Positions 45,151-64,000 of a DNA stretch of 64,000 bases are shown piece after piece (the stretch's first letter is position 1; the number at the start of each line of letters is the position of its first letter). The translations under genes were made by a program, and so were the position numbers. Origin of the DNA: Lytechinus pictus (Eukaryota); assembly GCF_037042905.1 (NCBI RefSeq), contig NC_087258.1:13144001-13208000 (forward strand), given 5' to 3'. A model generated the notes under the pieces. The model worked only from the letters and a program-made list of their open reading frames with translations. It had not been told where the DNA came from and made no database searches.

Positions 45151-45445
45151 TTAATTCTGAATTGAAACAAAACTCCTGTCAGTCGAATATCTTTGTAGAA
45201 GGTCCCTTAGTAATTTGCATGGGTCTTGACACCTTTCTCAACGACGAGGGCGCACGCCGCAGAATCTTTTCGGAAAATTACGTGATAGCCAATTCCTCTG
45301 TAAATAAAAGGGCGTGTTCTCTCTCCATCTCTTGCAGAATAAATCACTGCAGTAGATACAGCCACAGCTGCATTGGAGAAATTCCTATCATTTCCAAATT
45401 GGTATAGGCCTAGGTTTCTGATTGAAACTAAAAAACAGTCCAACC

Positions 45446-50386
<4,941 letters not shown>

Positions 50387-52619
50387 GCGCATGTATATTA
50401 TAAAAGCATAGGAATGTAAAACTCAATATTTAATATCTATATAGTTTTTTTGTGTAAAACATTTTATTTAAATGAAAGTATTTAAGTATGCCCATCATGA
50501 CTTTTTGGAGATCTTCTCTTTCTTCCATCAATAACGCTTTGTTTCAACGTGCCCGGAACGTAAACACGTAAACTGGTGATTGTCCTCGTTCAGTAATATT
50601 GTTCTTTTCCAATTCTCTCTTTCTCGAATTTTCTTCGCGATAATTCAATAATTTCATTATTTTATGATTCAATATTCATTATAATGTATAATGGGTGATT
50701 TCTCTTACAGTACTTGAGTGTGTAATGATTTTTTGAACAGATTATTCACTATTGATACATATATTAATATTTATTTTCAAACTGCCAGATCACGTCGATA
50801 TATTGCTACTTATATAGTTATATCCATCGATGTTTAATTGCATGAGGTAATAAATTGTGATGTATATTGTTAACAATGTTTGCCCTGAGGTGGGAATAAT
50901 GTTTTCTTCATATTGTATCGATAAAGTAAATGTGCAATACGTCTTTTTTTTTTATTAAATCAAAGTAAGACACATGGAGTTCATTCAATAGAACTATAAT
51001 AATTATCATTAAAAGTTTATATAATGTCATTGATACCCACTCAAAGAAAAAACCAAAATAAAACAAAACAAACAAAACCATCGGAAAACCTAACTTGCGA
51101 AAATATTACAAAAGTAATGTTTAAGATGAAGCTTTGTATGACATAAGATTCGACTAATTACTATGAATATTAGCTCGATGGAAAAGGGTCTCTTTCGGCT
51201 CGAGAAAATAATTATCTTCAATCATTATGACCGTTACATCGTAAATGTCGATATTCTGCATTTCCAGTCCGTGCGGCTTCTGTCAAGTAAACATTGTGTA
51301 ACTTGTGAAAATAAATGGCGATGCTTAAAACAAATAAGGTATTTATAAATGTTTATTCTTATTGGCTTTGTTGAATACGCTCAAATGAAATGGGATGCGG
51401 TAATGCAGATTATGGTACACTTTAAGAACTTTTTTAACCGACCCAAAAGTTGGTTAATAATGAAGAAACGACCAAACTGTTGGTTGAAAAAAATGCAATC
51501 CATTTTGAACGCATTTTTTTTTTTTTTTATATATATATATATATTTTTTTGGGGGGGGTTCAACCAGGAGTTTGTAGGTTATTTAAATCAACTGGATTGG
51601 TTAGAAGTCTATGTTTGTACCTTAGCTTTATCCTAAATTATTAAAAGTGAAGAAGTGGGTCACAAGTTCTGATCTATCTCTTTCTCTTTTTTTTCTTTAT
51701 CATACTTTGTTTATATTGTAAAAGCCTAAATTTTTGCCCTTTTCTGTAGCATCATTGTTTAATTTCTTGATTTAAATGTTTTGTTGTTTAAATTTTTGTT
51801 TGGGAGTTTAATTAATTTATTGTTTTCATTTTCTCTTGGGGGTGTTAGTGCTTGGGGTATAACAGTCAACACTGGATATTCGTCTTCTTCCTTTTGCTCA
51901 ATATTTCCATTTGCGTCATACATTTTATCACTTTTGATTCTTTTTTCCAAAATTATATGCCTATCTATAAATAAAAATTCTAATGTCTAGAGTGGAAAAG
52001 TGAGGGGCATATTTTCACTTTATGGGCGTGCCTGTATATGTGCGTGTGTGTCCCCCACATCTCCCTCTTACTGAAACTACTATTTTCTCTCTTTCTCATG
52101 CAGTTAATTCCCTTTTTCTTGCTATCGCTTTGTGAAACGTTGTGTAGGTGTGTGTGCACACCCCTCTACCATCACTCAAACCCTCCTCCTTACTTCATAT
52201 CCCTCTGTTTGATTCTTGTTCTTGTTATCACTCTCGGTGATGATGTGCGTGTGTCTGTGTGTGTAAGAGAGAATGAATGTGGGTGTGTGATTACGTGGGC
52301 AGATGAGGAAGGGTGTGTAAGAGGGTATGTGCGAGTTTGTACTGGTGTTCTTCTTCCTGTATGATCTTTGGTCATCCGCCACTACAAAAAAAAACAATAA
52401 CAAAGAAAACCATGAATTAAAAGTAGAGTCTGGATCATGAAAGGACTGTTTACAGAAATTCATAAAAAGCATACGTATCTCACCAGGGGCGCTAAGCGCG
52501 AACTGCAGATCTTTGATATTTAAACCTCAGAAGCGCGGGACAATCTAACTGATCATGAACAAGATATCTCACACATAATAAAAACATGATCCAAAAGGCG
52601 GGTAGTCGGATGGTCCGAA

Positions 52620-53750
52620 TGTTCACCTATGGTCAGGTTTTATTATGGTCCGACCAAGTTTATGCAAAGTAACTGGGATGTCGAATCAGATATTGCTTAG
52701 AGTTTATCGTTGACGTGAAAATGACCAATGACCAACGTGGTAAACTGTTCTCTTAATCGGCCGTGATGGATGGAATGGGATAGCATCACTGTAACGATGG
52801 CGACTGTGGATCGTGAAATAAGCAATTGCAAAAGAAACCTTGAAGTTCATTACCAACTCGGTCATTGGGAATGCATCGTCGTATACATGGCAACTGCGAT
52901 GCAGAAAGAGGGAATTCATCGGAGAGCTCTTTCTTTAGTAATTTGTAGTAATTTATATTTTATTCGTTGGTCCAGCAGAAAAAAACCTGTTTGATGGAAG
53001 TAATACCATTCATATTCGAAATATGTACCCTTTCAACGCAAATAGAATCGGAATGATATAAAAACATAAATAACATCATCGTCATCTAAGGCAATAGGCT
53101 ACATTAATTGAAATTCCATTTTAATTGCGAGTGTAAATTCTCACGCCGCCCCAAACGTAAATCATTATTTATTTAGATATAAATATTTCAACCCGGAGCA
53201 TCCTTTAACGAGTTGAATTGCATATGATACATTTGAATGTAACTAAACTACGTGCGTCGTGGTCTAGTGGTTAAGATTCTCGTCTTTCAATCTGAAGGAT
53301 GTGGGTTCGATTCCAAGACATGGCGTGTTTTCCTTCAGAAAGAAATTTATCCAACACCAGAATCGGTAGACTAGCTTAGCCGGGGTAATATAGGAGCACC
53401 TTGAGCACCTATCAAGGTGGATACGTGCGCTATACAAATCCTATATTATTATTATTATTATCTTTATTCTAGCGCGGGTGATTATCCCTTTAATCGCACA
53501 AAATAGACTATATCAATCACAATACCAATAGAGAGAGAGAGAGATAGATTGTCATTGTCTTATGGGAGTTTACTCTCTATTTGTATCTATAGAAACGCGA
53601 GTTCCATAAATTATTTCAATATCAAGTATGTCCTTGCTTCTGCTTATGTCATTTCGGAATCAACCAGTCATTAATAAAGCAATGAGCTCTCGTTCTATCA
53701 ATTTGCGAATAGACGATTGCTTATTCATTTGTATTCTACAGTACGCATAC
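52620..53750 (-). promoter_or_regulatory. Orphan diverged paralog of the gene 6 upstream region
   Basis: Colinear similarity blocks to 60435-61480; no tubulin exon follows. Confidence 0.6.
53252..53460 (+). mobile_element. tRNA-derived SINE
   Basis: A box TGGTCTAGTGG, B box GGTTCGATTCC, unrelated body, (ATT)n tail. Confidence 0.85.
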
Positions 53751-54039
53751 TCTAAGTGGTATACTGTTACATAAAATTATGGACAATTTGATAAATGTCG
53801 GATGTTTAATCCGCATTTGCTGGTTTTGATAATCATTTTTTACTCTTTTTCTTGCCTCAAGTATCATTTCGTTGATTATAAGTGGCATCGTATAATCCTA
53901 ATATCTAAATATGTGCCCATTCATGAAACTACCGAAAACATTTATTTTACATCCTCGCTCACTACGCTCAATCGCATTGACATAAAAAAAATAGTTACAT
54001 TCAAATGTATCCTATGCACTTCAACTCGTTAAACAACGA

Positions 54040-54666
54040 TCCGGGTTTAATAAATATTAATATCTAAATTAATAGAATAAAATTCATCGAGCAAAATGCT
54101 AAAAAAAAAAATCAAAATCTGATAACATCAAAATCAAAATCTGATAACAAATAGCGAAGTTATTTAAAATTTTAAAGTTTAGCAATGTATTGTGAAAACA
54201 GTTATATGCTCGTCGTCATGAATATTCATTACGTGGACTGATGATGTCACATCTCCACTTTCCTTTTTCTTGTGTTATTACATGAAATCATAATTGTTTC
54301 ATTTTTCATACATTACTTGTGTGAATGATATGTCTCACTTGTAATGAAATAAGTTGCACCAATGAATATCTTTTAATGCACTTAATTAGTTGTTATTCCA
54401 ATATTTTTGGTTCTTGAAGGAAAAAACAAACAAACCTAATTTCATATAATAAAATACAAAAGAACAAATGGAGATTCGACACCATCAGTTTGCTCATTGA
54501 ATATTCATAAAGACATGCCTAGAACTGTTTCACCGGAATAACGCAAATCTTTAAAATGCCATAATTGTTATTCCGAGTCCGATTTTGATCAATTTTTTCA
54601 GTGTTTTGTTTATCCTGTTTTTCTTAATCTGTTCAAATCATATTATTTTCAACATGGAGTAATCCT
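54040..54666. mobile_element. TTAA-target foldback MITE, left end eroded
   Basis: Inverted arms with family motifs; ends GGAGTAATCCT|TTAA. Confidence 0.6.
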
Positions 54667-54929
54667 TTAAAGAGGCAAAATTGGACTTGGTGCCTTCCAG
54701 TAATATTTTTCATATTATTGCACGAAGGTAATAAATATTAAAACCATTTTATTTTATTCTCTCGCTTCTCTGATCCGCACATTGATATAATATGGGCCAT
54801 CATACCTACAGGTGAATTGCCTATACACGCGATTCTATACGTGTTCACAACAAAACATAGTAAACAAATATAATTAATTACACATTTTAGGCACCGCCCC
54901 TACACATTTTTATTTTATCATTATCATTA

Positions 54930-54963
<34 letters not shown>

Positions 54964-55062
54964 GGGGGAGGGTAGGCCTATACCTCTAAAAATTAAAACA
55001 AAAATAAAACACCCACATTTACCACCCACCCTCTCATCCTTAGTCACTATTACCTTTACATA

Positions 55063-55513
55063 TACCGTGTTTACACTTAATCGGCATTTGAATCGGCTCG
55101 CGGTTCTGAACCGCGAGCCGATGCAGCATCGGCTTTTTCATAGCGTGTAAACGCGAGTAACTTGAATCGGCTCGCGGTTCAGAACCGGCAATTTGCACCA
55201 CCAAAGTAGTAGGTTCTGAACCGCGAGCCGATGCAGAATCGGCTTTTTTACAACGTGTAAACAAAAAGCCGATTCTGCACCGGCAATTTGTGCGCATTTC
55301 AATTACTTTACCATTGTGACGTAATTGTTAGCGCACTGATCCAGCGTTGTCTTTATTATGACGTATATTGTAGGTATGCGTATCATTTCAAGTTTTTGCA
55401 TCGGCTCGCGGTTCTGAACCGCGAGCTGTAACAACGTGTAAACGCAATCCAAATGCCGATTCTGCATCGGCATTTGGTTCAGAACCAAATGCCGATTAAG
55501 TGTAAACACGGTA
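55063..55513. mobile_element. Hairpin-rich MITE, copy 1
   Basis: TIR TACCGTGTTTACACTTAATCGGCA; internal palindromes ATCGGCTCGCGGTTCTGAACCGCGAGCCGAT. Confidence 0.9.
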
Positions 55514-55578
55514 ATCGTGTACCTTCCTCGCTCTTTCACGCGCACGGACACCCACTCCCCAAAACACACATGCGCGCT

Positions 55579-56030
55579 TACCGTGTTTACCGCTTAATCG
55601 GCATTTGAATAGGCTCGCGGTTCTGAACCGCGAGCCGATTCAGCATCGGCTTTTTCATAGCGTGTAAACGCGAGCAACTTGAATCGGCTCGCGGTTCAGA
55701 ACCGGCAATTTGCACCACCAAAGTAGTAGGTTCTGAACCGCGAGCCGATGCAGAATCGGCTTTTTTACTACGTGTAAACAGAAAGCCGATTCTGCACCGG
55801 CAATTTGTGCGCATTTCAATTACTTTACCATTGTGACGTAATTGTAAGCGCACTGATCCAGCGTTGTCTTTATTGTGACGTATATTGTAGGTATGCGTAT
55901 CATTTAAGGTTTTTGCATCGGCTCGCGGTTCTGAACCGCGAGCTGTAACAACGTGTAAACGCAATCCAAATGCCGATTCTGCATCGGCATTTGGTTCAGA
56001 ACCAATTGCCGATTAAGTGTAAACACGGTA
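55579..56030. mobile_element. Hairpin-rich MITE, copy 2, same orientation
   Basis: About 10-13 differences from copy 1 over 450 bp. Confidence 0.9.
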
Positions 56031-58266
56031 ATAGACGCACGCATACACACCAACTCACACATCCTCCTTCACCATAACCTAACACCGTCTATCTTCCTCG
56101 CTCTTTCACGCACACAGACACCCACATCCCAAACACCAATACACACCCACCCTACATCCACATACGCACACACGTTTACACCCACACCCCCGCACACGCA
56201 CATGACATAATAGATAAACACAAGCGCTTTCAAGACTGGAATAAAAAGACTTGAAAGAAGTTTTGTTGGCTTTTGACATTGTCTTTTCGTAACCTTATTA
56301 ATTCTGGCATTCACAAAAAATATACATGCATGTAGGGTCTAAATGTAATTTTATATTATCATTATTGGCAAGGCTATTATACGGTACAAAGGTAAAATAG
56401 TCAAAATTTATGCAAAATAGGACCGTGCCCATGGAAACTCATTTTGGGTGTGTTTCGTTACGAACAAAAATATTGAAAGATGAAGTAAACATACCCTCAA
56501 TTTCCCTAATTCCCCAAACAACACGTAAAAATATGCGATTTATAATGCAAGTCTCAAATCCAATATTTTTTTTCATTTTGGAGGGGGTACGTTTTGTTGT
56601 GATGTTTTTCTAATTAGGTTCATTCTTTATGGCTAATTTTGTTTTTAACTTTTAAGGTCCTTTTTGTTCTGAGGTTACAATCTTCAATTTTGGAACAAGC
56701 ATTTCTACATCTACAAGATATTTTGGGAGCCAAATTTTTTTTTGGCAATTTTGGTTATGTATACTTTTTACTTCTCAGAGACTTTCCCGGAAAATTGCAA
56801 GAAGCTGTTTAAAGAAGCATCTTTAAATCTCCAAATCATTATCGGAGCAAATAAAAAGTGTTGATTATGTGTACTGCTCACTTCTCAGAAACTTCCCATA
56901 AGATTGTAAAGAGCTTTTTACAGGAGCATTTCTGATGATTGCAGTTGGTTCTATGGTAGCATATAGACCTAAATTTGATGAGAGAAAATAATGGTGAAAA
57001 ACAATAAGTTATATTATTCACGAAATCAAATAGTACATGATTAAATAGATGACCCATGTATAGCACATACACCAACGAAACCGACCCCAGATCGACGTTA
57101 TAAAGATATTAAGTTATTACCTGTGAGTCAAAACATTGGGGGCATGACATGAAGTATTGGGCAAAATTTATATTAACAAAAAGTTGCGAGCGAGCAAGAT
57201 TTTTGTCCTTCTTAATACCAAAATCTAATTTTGTGGTAGATTTTGACATAATATTCAGAAATCATATCATAATATGTTTCCTTTTCTCCTTCCTTCTCTT
57301 TACTTTTCTCATTTTGTTCTTGGTTATGAAAATTCAGGGATCCACGGCCCCAAGTCCCCCCCCCCCCACTTGTTACTACCTACGTCATACAATCGGTCGG
57401 TTTGGAGTTTGTTTTGCTGGTATGAGGTGAGCCGTCTCTTAATTAGCAAGATATGCGCGTCAATAGTTTATTTTTGTTCATGTCAGCTTAGAAATTACTA
57501 AAATTATATCACTTACGTTCTTTTAAATAGTCCTACCAGTGACGTATATTCCAAAATTGAAATTGAAAATCAAAGCAGCTTGAGACGCTGACTTGTACCA
57601 TTAAAACTATTTTGCGTGTATGCTCAAACTTTTCAGTTCTATGGAAAACATGAACGTTAGTTTCACTTTTAGCAATACAGCATTGTTTAATTTTTTCTTT
57701 TCTATAATTACCAAACATAAGGAACATGAATATTCATTGTTAATATGTATTCGTATGTTCATTTTTAAACCTGTTTTTCTTATGTATTGGTTGAATTATA
57801 TCGAAGAATGGCACTGGACCCCCAAAGTTCCACGAATAAGAAAAGAGATTATTATGAAAGCCTAAAGGGAAAAGGACGAAATGTGATATTTATATTATGT
57901 CAAAATCTATTACAAAATAAGATTTTCTCTCGCTCGCGATTGCACCATACATCTTGCAGTGCCCCCTCGATATTTTTGGCTCATTACCCCCACTCACCCT
58001 GTATTTGTTTTGAATTCATCTCTTGATTTTTTTTTTCTACGTGAATGCAGAACTCTCCTCGAGTGTTCATGAATACACTTAATATTTGTCGACCATGTCG
58101 ACAGAATATGAATAACTGAAATAAATGAGTAAATAAAACCAATATATATATATATACCGTGTGGAGACAAAGAGGACATTTGAACCAACAGAAAGTTGGA
58201 CGAATAATCAGATTGGCCTAAACTAAATGATGTGTTAATTTTTATACGAAATCCAACGGAATAACG

Positions 58267-60293
<2,027 letters not shown>

Positions 60294-60362
60294 GTTGATT
60301 GTCTTGAGGCAAATATAACCTGACAAGAAGATAAAGGACTAGATGATCTGCAAATCAAACAC

Positions 60363-60776
60363 CTTCTATATAGAAGTTGGATGATTGTTTGTATTTTAAG
60401 ATGGATACACCAACTGACAGTTTTATGGTCTTTTCCGTTACGACTATATGACCAAAGAGTACTGATCGGAGCAAGTATGTAAATTCACTGGGATCAACTC
60501 AGATATTGCTTTAAGGGTATTAGCATTATTACGTACACCCATCTGATATCTGATGTGTAATTTGAGGCGATCCCAAAGGGTGTTGGCATGGAATAGACCA
60601 ATTGCAATAGAGATGTTGATGTTCTTTGTCAATGTTACTCTCCATTGGTTGTCAAGATGGCTGTACTAGAATCTCTTCGCTGTAACGATGGTGACTTCTA
60701 CGTTTAACGAACGAGTTAATGAATCGTGAACCTTGTTAGTTCATGGGGAAATTGTTTACACCGTTGCTATAGAAAT
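60363..60776 (-). promoter_or_regulatory. Gene 6 upstream region with TATA-like, X-box-like and forkhead motifs
   Basis: Palindromic CTTCTATATAGAAG 60363, CAACTGACAGTT 60412, GTAACGATGGTGAC 60682, TGTTTAC 60753, GTTGCTATAGAAAT 60763. Confidence 0.5.
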
Positions 60777-61592
60777 TGATTGATCGTATATTCAGTCGTC
60801 CACTAGCAAAACCTTGAATTTGATGGGAATAATATAAATTCACACTCCAAAATATCTACACTATTGAAAACATTTAGAATAAAAACATAGGAAACATAGA
60901 TTTAAAAATGATAGCAATAACAAAAAATGCTACCACACCACTACCGTGTACCGCAAATGCAATGATATTTTAGTGTTTTATTTTCTGTTGGAAATGAAAT
61001 AAGCAATAATTACTTAGATAGTCAAAAGGTAACTCCTGCACAACTCTCGTCTGCTGTTTATTCTTTTTCATCTGTGTTTTAATCGTCTTCATCTTAAGCT
61101 TCTAAAATTTCATCTGATGGAATAAAATTAATTAATGGCAAAAGTTAAACATCCATGGGCAAGCAAAGAGAGAGAGAGAGAGATAGGATTAATTGAAATT
61201 TGTAATAATAATAATACTAATACAACTACTAATAATAATGATAATGTATGAATATGCATGTATGAACAAAATCATCCACACTGAGGAGGTTGCTATTGTC
61301 TAACTGTGAGTCTACTCTCTGTACCCAAGGAAACGGGAGTTCGATAGATTATTTATATATCAAATATGTCCTTGATGTCGTTTAGGAATCAACCATTCAT
61401 ACAAACCCACTGCGAGTTCATTATCAATATCAATACAATTAGATGGCTACAAATTCTGCATTTGGACAATGTACTTTCCGCCTTTTTTTTGTACTTGCTA
61501 ATAGCAAAGCTTTTTACACCGCACTGCAAAAAAACGCCGGTGTTAATTTAACACCAACCTGGTATCTAGATCGAGAGAACAACATCATTTAA

Positions 61593-62197
61593 AGGACAAG
61601 TCCACCCCGACAAAAAGTTGATTTGAATAAAAAGAGAAAAATCCAACAATCATAACACTGAAAATTTCATCAAAATAGGATGTAAAATAAGAAAGTTATG
61701 ACATTTTAAAGTTTCGCTTATAGTTTCACACAATAGTTATATGCACATCCTGGCCAGTATGCAAATGAGGGGACTGATGACATCACGCACTCACTATTTC
61801 TTTTGTATTTTATTATCTGAAATACGAAATATTCTGATTTTCTCACTCATGTCATTTGAAATCGAGCTTTATTCTTCCCTGAACTTGTGGAATTAACATT
61901 GTTTAACATTATGTAGTTCAGTCAAGTTTTACATTATTGTCAATTCTGTATAAATTGAAATATTGTATAATTCAAACAATAAAAAACAAATGAAATAGTG
62001 AGTGATGGACATCATAGACTCTCGCATTTGCATATCACTGAGTTGTGCATATAACTGTTTTGAGAAAAATATGCGAAACTTTAAAATGTCATAACTTTCT
62101 TATTTTACATCCGATTTTGATGAATTTTTCAGCGTTATGCTCGTTAGATTTGTCTCTATTTATTCAAATCAACATTTGTCTGGAGTGGACTTGACCT
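61593..62197. mobile_element. TTAA-target (Kolobok-like) MITE, apparently nested in a CACTG-ended element starting at 61522
   Basis: Same family as 32514 and 34022; AACACC/GGTGTT repeats flank it on both sides. Confidence 0.88.
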
Positions 62198-62322
62198 TTA
62201 AGAATCAGATCGATATTGGTTTACTTACACTAATTGGTGTTGCTTAAATGCCAAATTGGTGTTAGCCTAACGCCGAACAGGTGTTGTTTCAACACCTCTC
62301 TGGTGGTGTGGATTGATATATA

Positions 62323-63690
62323 CACAACAAAAAAAGTAAGTCCCCCCTTAAACAAACATCAATAATTTCCGAACCAATGCAAGTTTTTAATATATTTTTA
62401 CATGAGCGTGTAGGTAATTTTATAGGCTACCCTCTGAGTAAATGTTATGGACGTATTTTACGTCATGCTTCAGTGAGCACCGTCAGAAGGCAAAATGTCA
62501 CTTTTCAAAAGTCACAAGCCAAATATCATGACTTTGATTCCATTTTTATTGGAACTAATTCCACATTCTCATAATGAAAAATAGTCAGAAGGCTTGTAAA
62601 AGGTACTTTCTAAAAGACGATACAACTTTTCTGGCTAAATTTCACGGTTGAATGAACACAAGTCCAAATTTGCTATAATTGGATTTTTTACACATTTCTA
62701 TCAATAAAAATGATAGAATATGATGACAGTTATTTTTGGGAAGAGTATCTTCAACAATATTCATTGTTTCACGGTTCAATGAACATTTATTGAAAACAAA
62801 AGATACGATTTTCAAATATCATAGGCAAGTATTGTTTCATTTTGGTAACTGAAAATGATCTTTTCTCAACTTTTTCGTTATGTTCATGACCAATTAACAT
62901 GCTTCAATGATTCAAAGGCGTTTAATTAAACATTCACGCTTGAATGAACATGTGGAATGTGATTAGCTCTTTTTTACGTTATTGGAATAAAACGCAATTT
63001 GTAACTATGTATATCTATCACAAACCTCCTTGCATGGTTCATTTGATTTGATTTTTATGAAAATCCCGATGTTTAATGCATCAGTGAGCACACAATATTC
63101 GAAAATTATGCAAATGAGAAGAAAGTTCAAGGCCCTGGCCCCACTCTGTGCCGTATCAAATGGTTATTTTGGTGTGCGCACATTTTGAATAGTGTTACAC
63201 TGAAGCCATGTGCGAAGTTTCATGAAATAACTGTTGGCAGAAGTAACAAAAACCGTCCATGAAACAAACCCTCATTTCATATTTGTTAAAATGTTGACTT
63301 CCTCTCTCATAGACTGGACAGGTGTACATTATGGGTGCATATGTTTAAGAATAAGTAACCCCCTATTCAACGTGGTGGAACTTTTTTTCAAGGCTGTCTT
63401 TAGCAATATCATTTGGCAGTAATGTTTATCAACCTATGGGCAGAATTCTGTGCAAAAATGAAATCGATTTGTTTATTTATGGATGAGTGAGCACACATCA
63501 AAGTGGGAAATTGGGTATTTTCAATGTCACAGACCCATTTTAAATGGTAATAAAGTGAATATTGGGGGCAAATTCGGTTTCAAATGCGACTTTAATTGCT
63601 GTTGTTTTTATCATCCATCATTTCTATCACCACACACTTTCCGAAGTTTTAAAATTTTCATGGTTGAGCGAGCACATTCGAAAACTTAGG
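62323..63690. mobile_element. Probable non-autonomous DNA transposon segment with a CAC end
   Basis: Starts CACAACAAAAAAAG; repeated TTCACGGTT(G/C)AATGAAC and CAGTGAGCAC motifs; right end not identified. Confidence 0.35.
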
Positions 63691-63899
63691 AATGAATACT
63701 CTTTATACTGCATAATTGTATTTTTTCTTACAAATTCTCATGATCAGTTTAATTTATGGACAAATCAGTGGTGGATTCAGAATTTTAAAATGGGGGAGGG
63801 CCTATAATCGGGGGAGCCACCAACATTTTCAAATTTTAACATGATCTAACAAGTTGTAGAGGATACTACCATAAACCCCTTTGATGATACGTCACTATT

Positions 63900-64000
63900 C
63901 AGGGGCCGCGGAACGGTTTTCAAAGTGGGGGGGGGGGGCTGACCATGCAAAAAATCACAATCGTATGGTCATTTTTACATTTTTGTACATGCTTTTGGGG
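63900..64000. mobile_element. CAGGGG MITE family copy, cut by the window end
   Basis: Closely similar to the left part of 4464-4624. Confidence 0.85.

Noticed and set aside
50400-52600. Beta-tubulin pseudogene exons downstream of the orphan promoter
   Set aside because: No recognisable tubulin peptide on either strand by eye; the acidic ORF 51759-51950 does not match a tubulin tail. A sensitive tBLASTn would be decisive.
53252-53325. tRNA gene
   Set aside because: A and B boxes are present but the stems pair poorly, and it runs into a SINE body with an (ATT)n tail.
55063-56030. CRISPR-like or REP-like array of palindromic repeats
   Set aside because: Irregular spacing, spacers repeated between copies, TIR-bounded, eukaryotic context, no cas genes.

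Overview
Eukaryotic, AT-rich, intron-containing animal DNA. The repeat families look sea-urchin-like, but that is an inference. The window holds a cluster of six intact three-exon beta-tubulin genes: five on + (ATG 7135, 15085, 23185, 31406, 45446) and one convergent gene on - (ATG 60293). All six have phase-0 introns after codons 19 and 131. The left end carries the first three exons of a POM121-like transmembrane nucleoporin gene on -, head-to-head with the first tubulin gene. Introns and spacers are filled with MITEs (some nested three deep), a tRNA-derived SINE, GAT-rich tracts and one 165-N assembly gap. Most other ORF-track entries are spurious. The main observations: (1) an orphan, diverged copy of the gene-6 upstream region at about 52.6-53.7 kb with no tubulin exon, pointing antisense at gene 5; (2) paralogs with substitutions at drug-pocket residues (E198Q, N165T, T351I in genes 2/3; D26G plus R359Q in gene 1); (3) patchwork gene conversion among the coding exons; (4) a recurrent CTAACGGTCA promoter motif with CHR-like and X-box-like neighbours. 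All alignments were done by eye.
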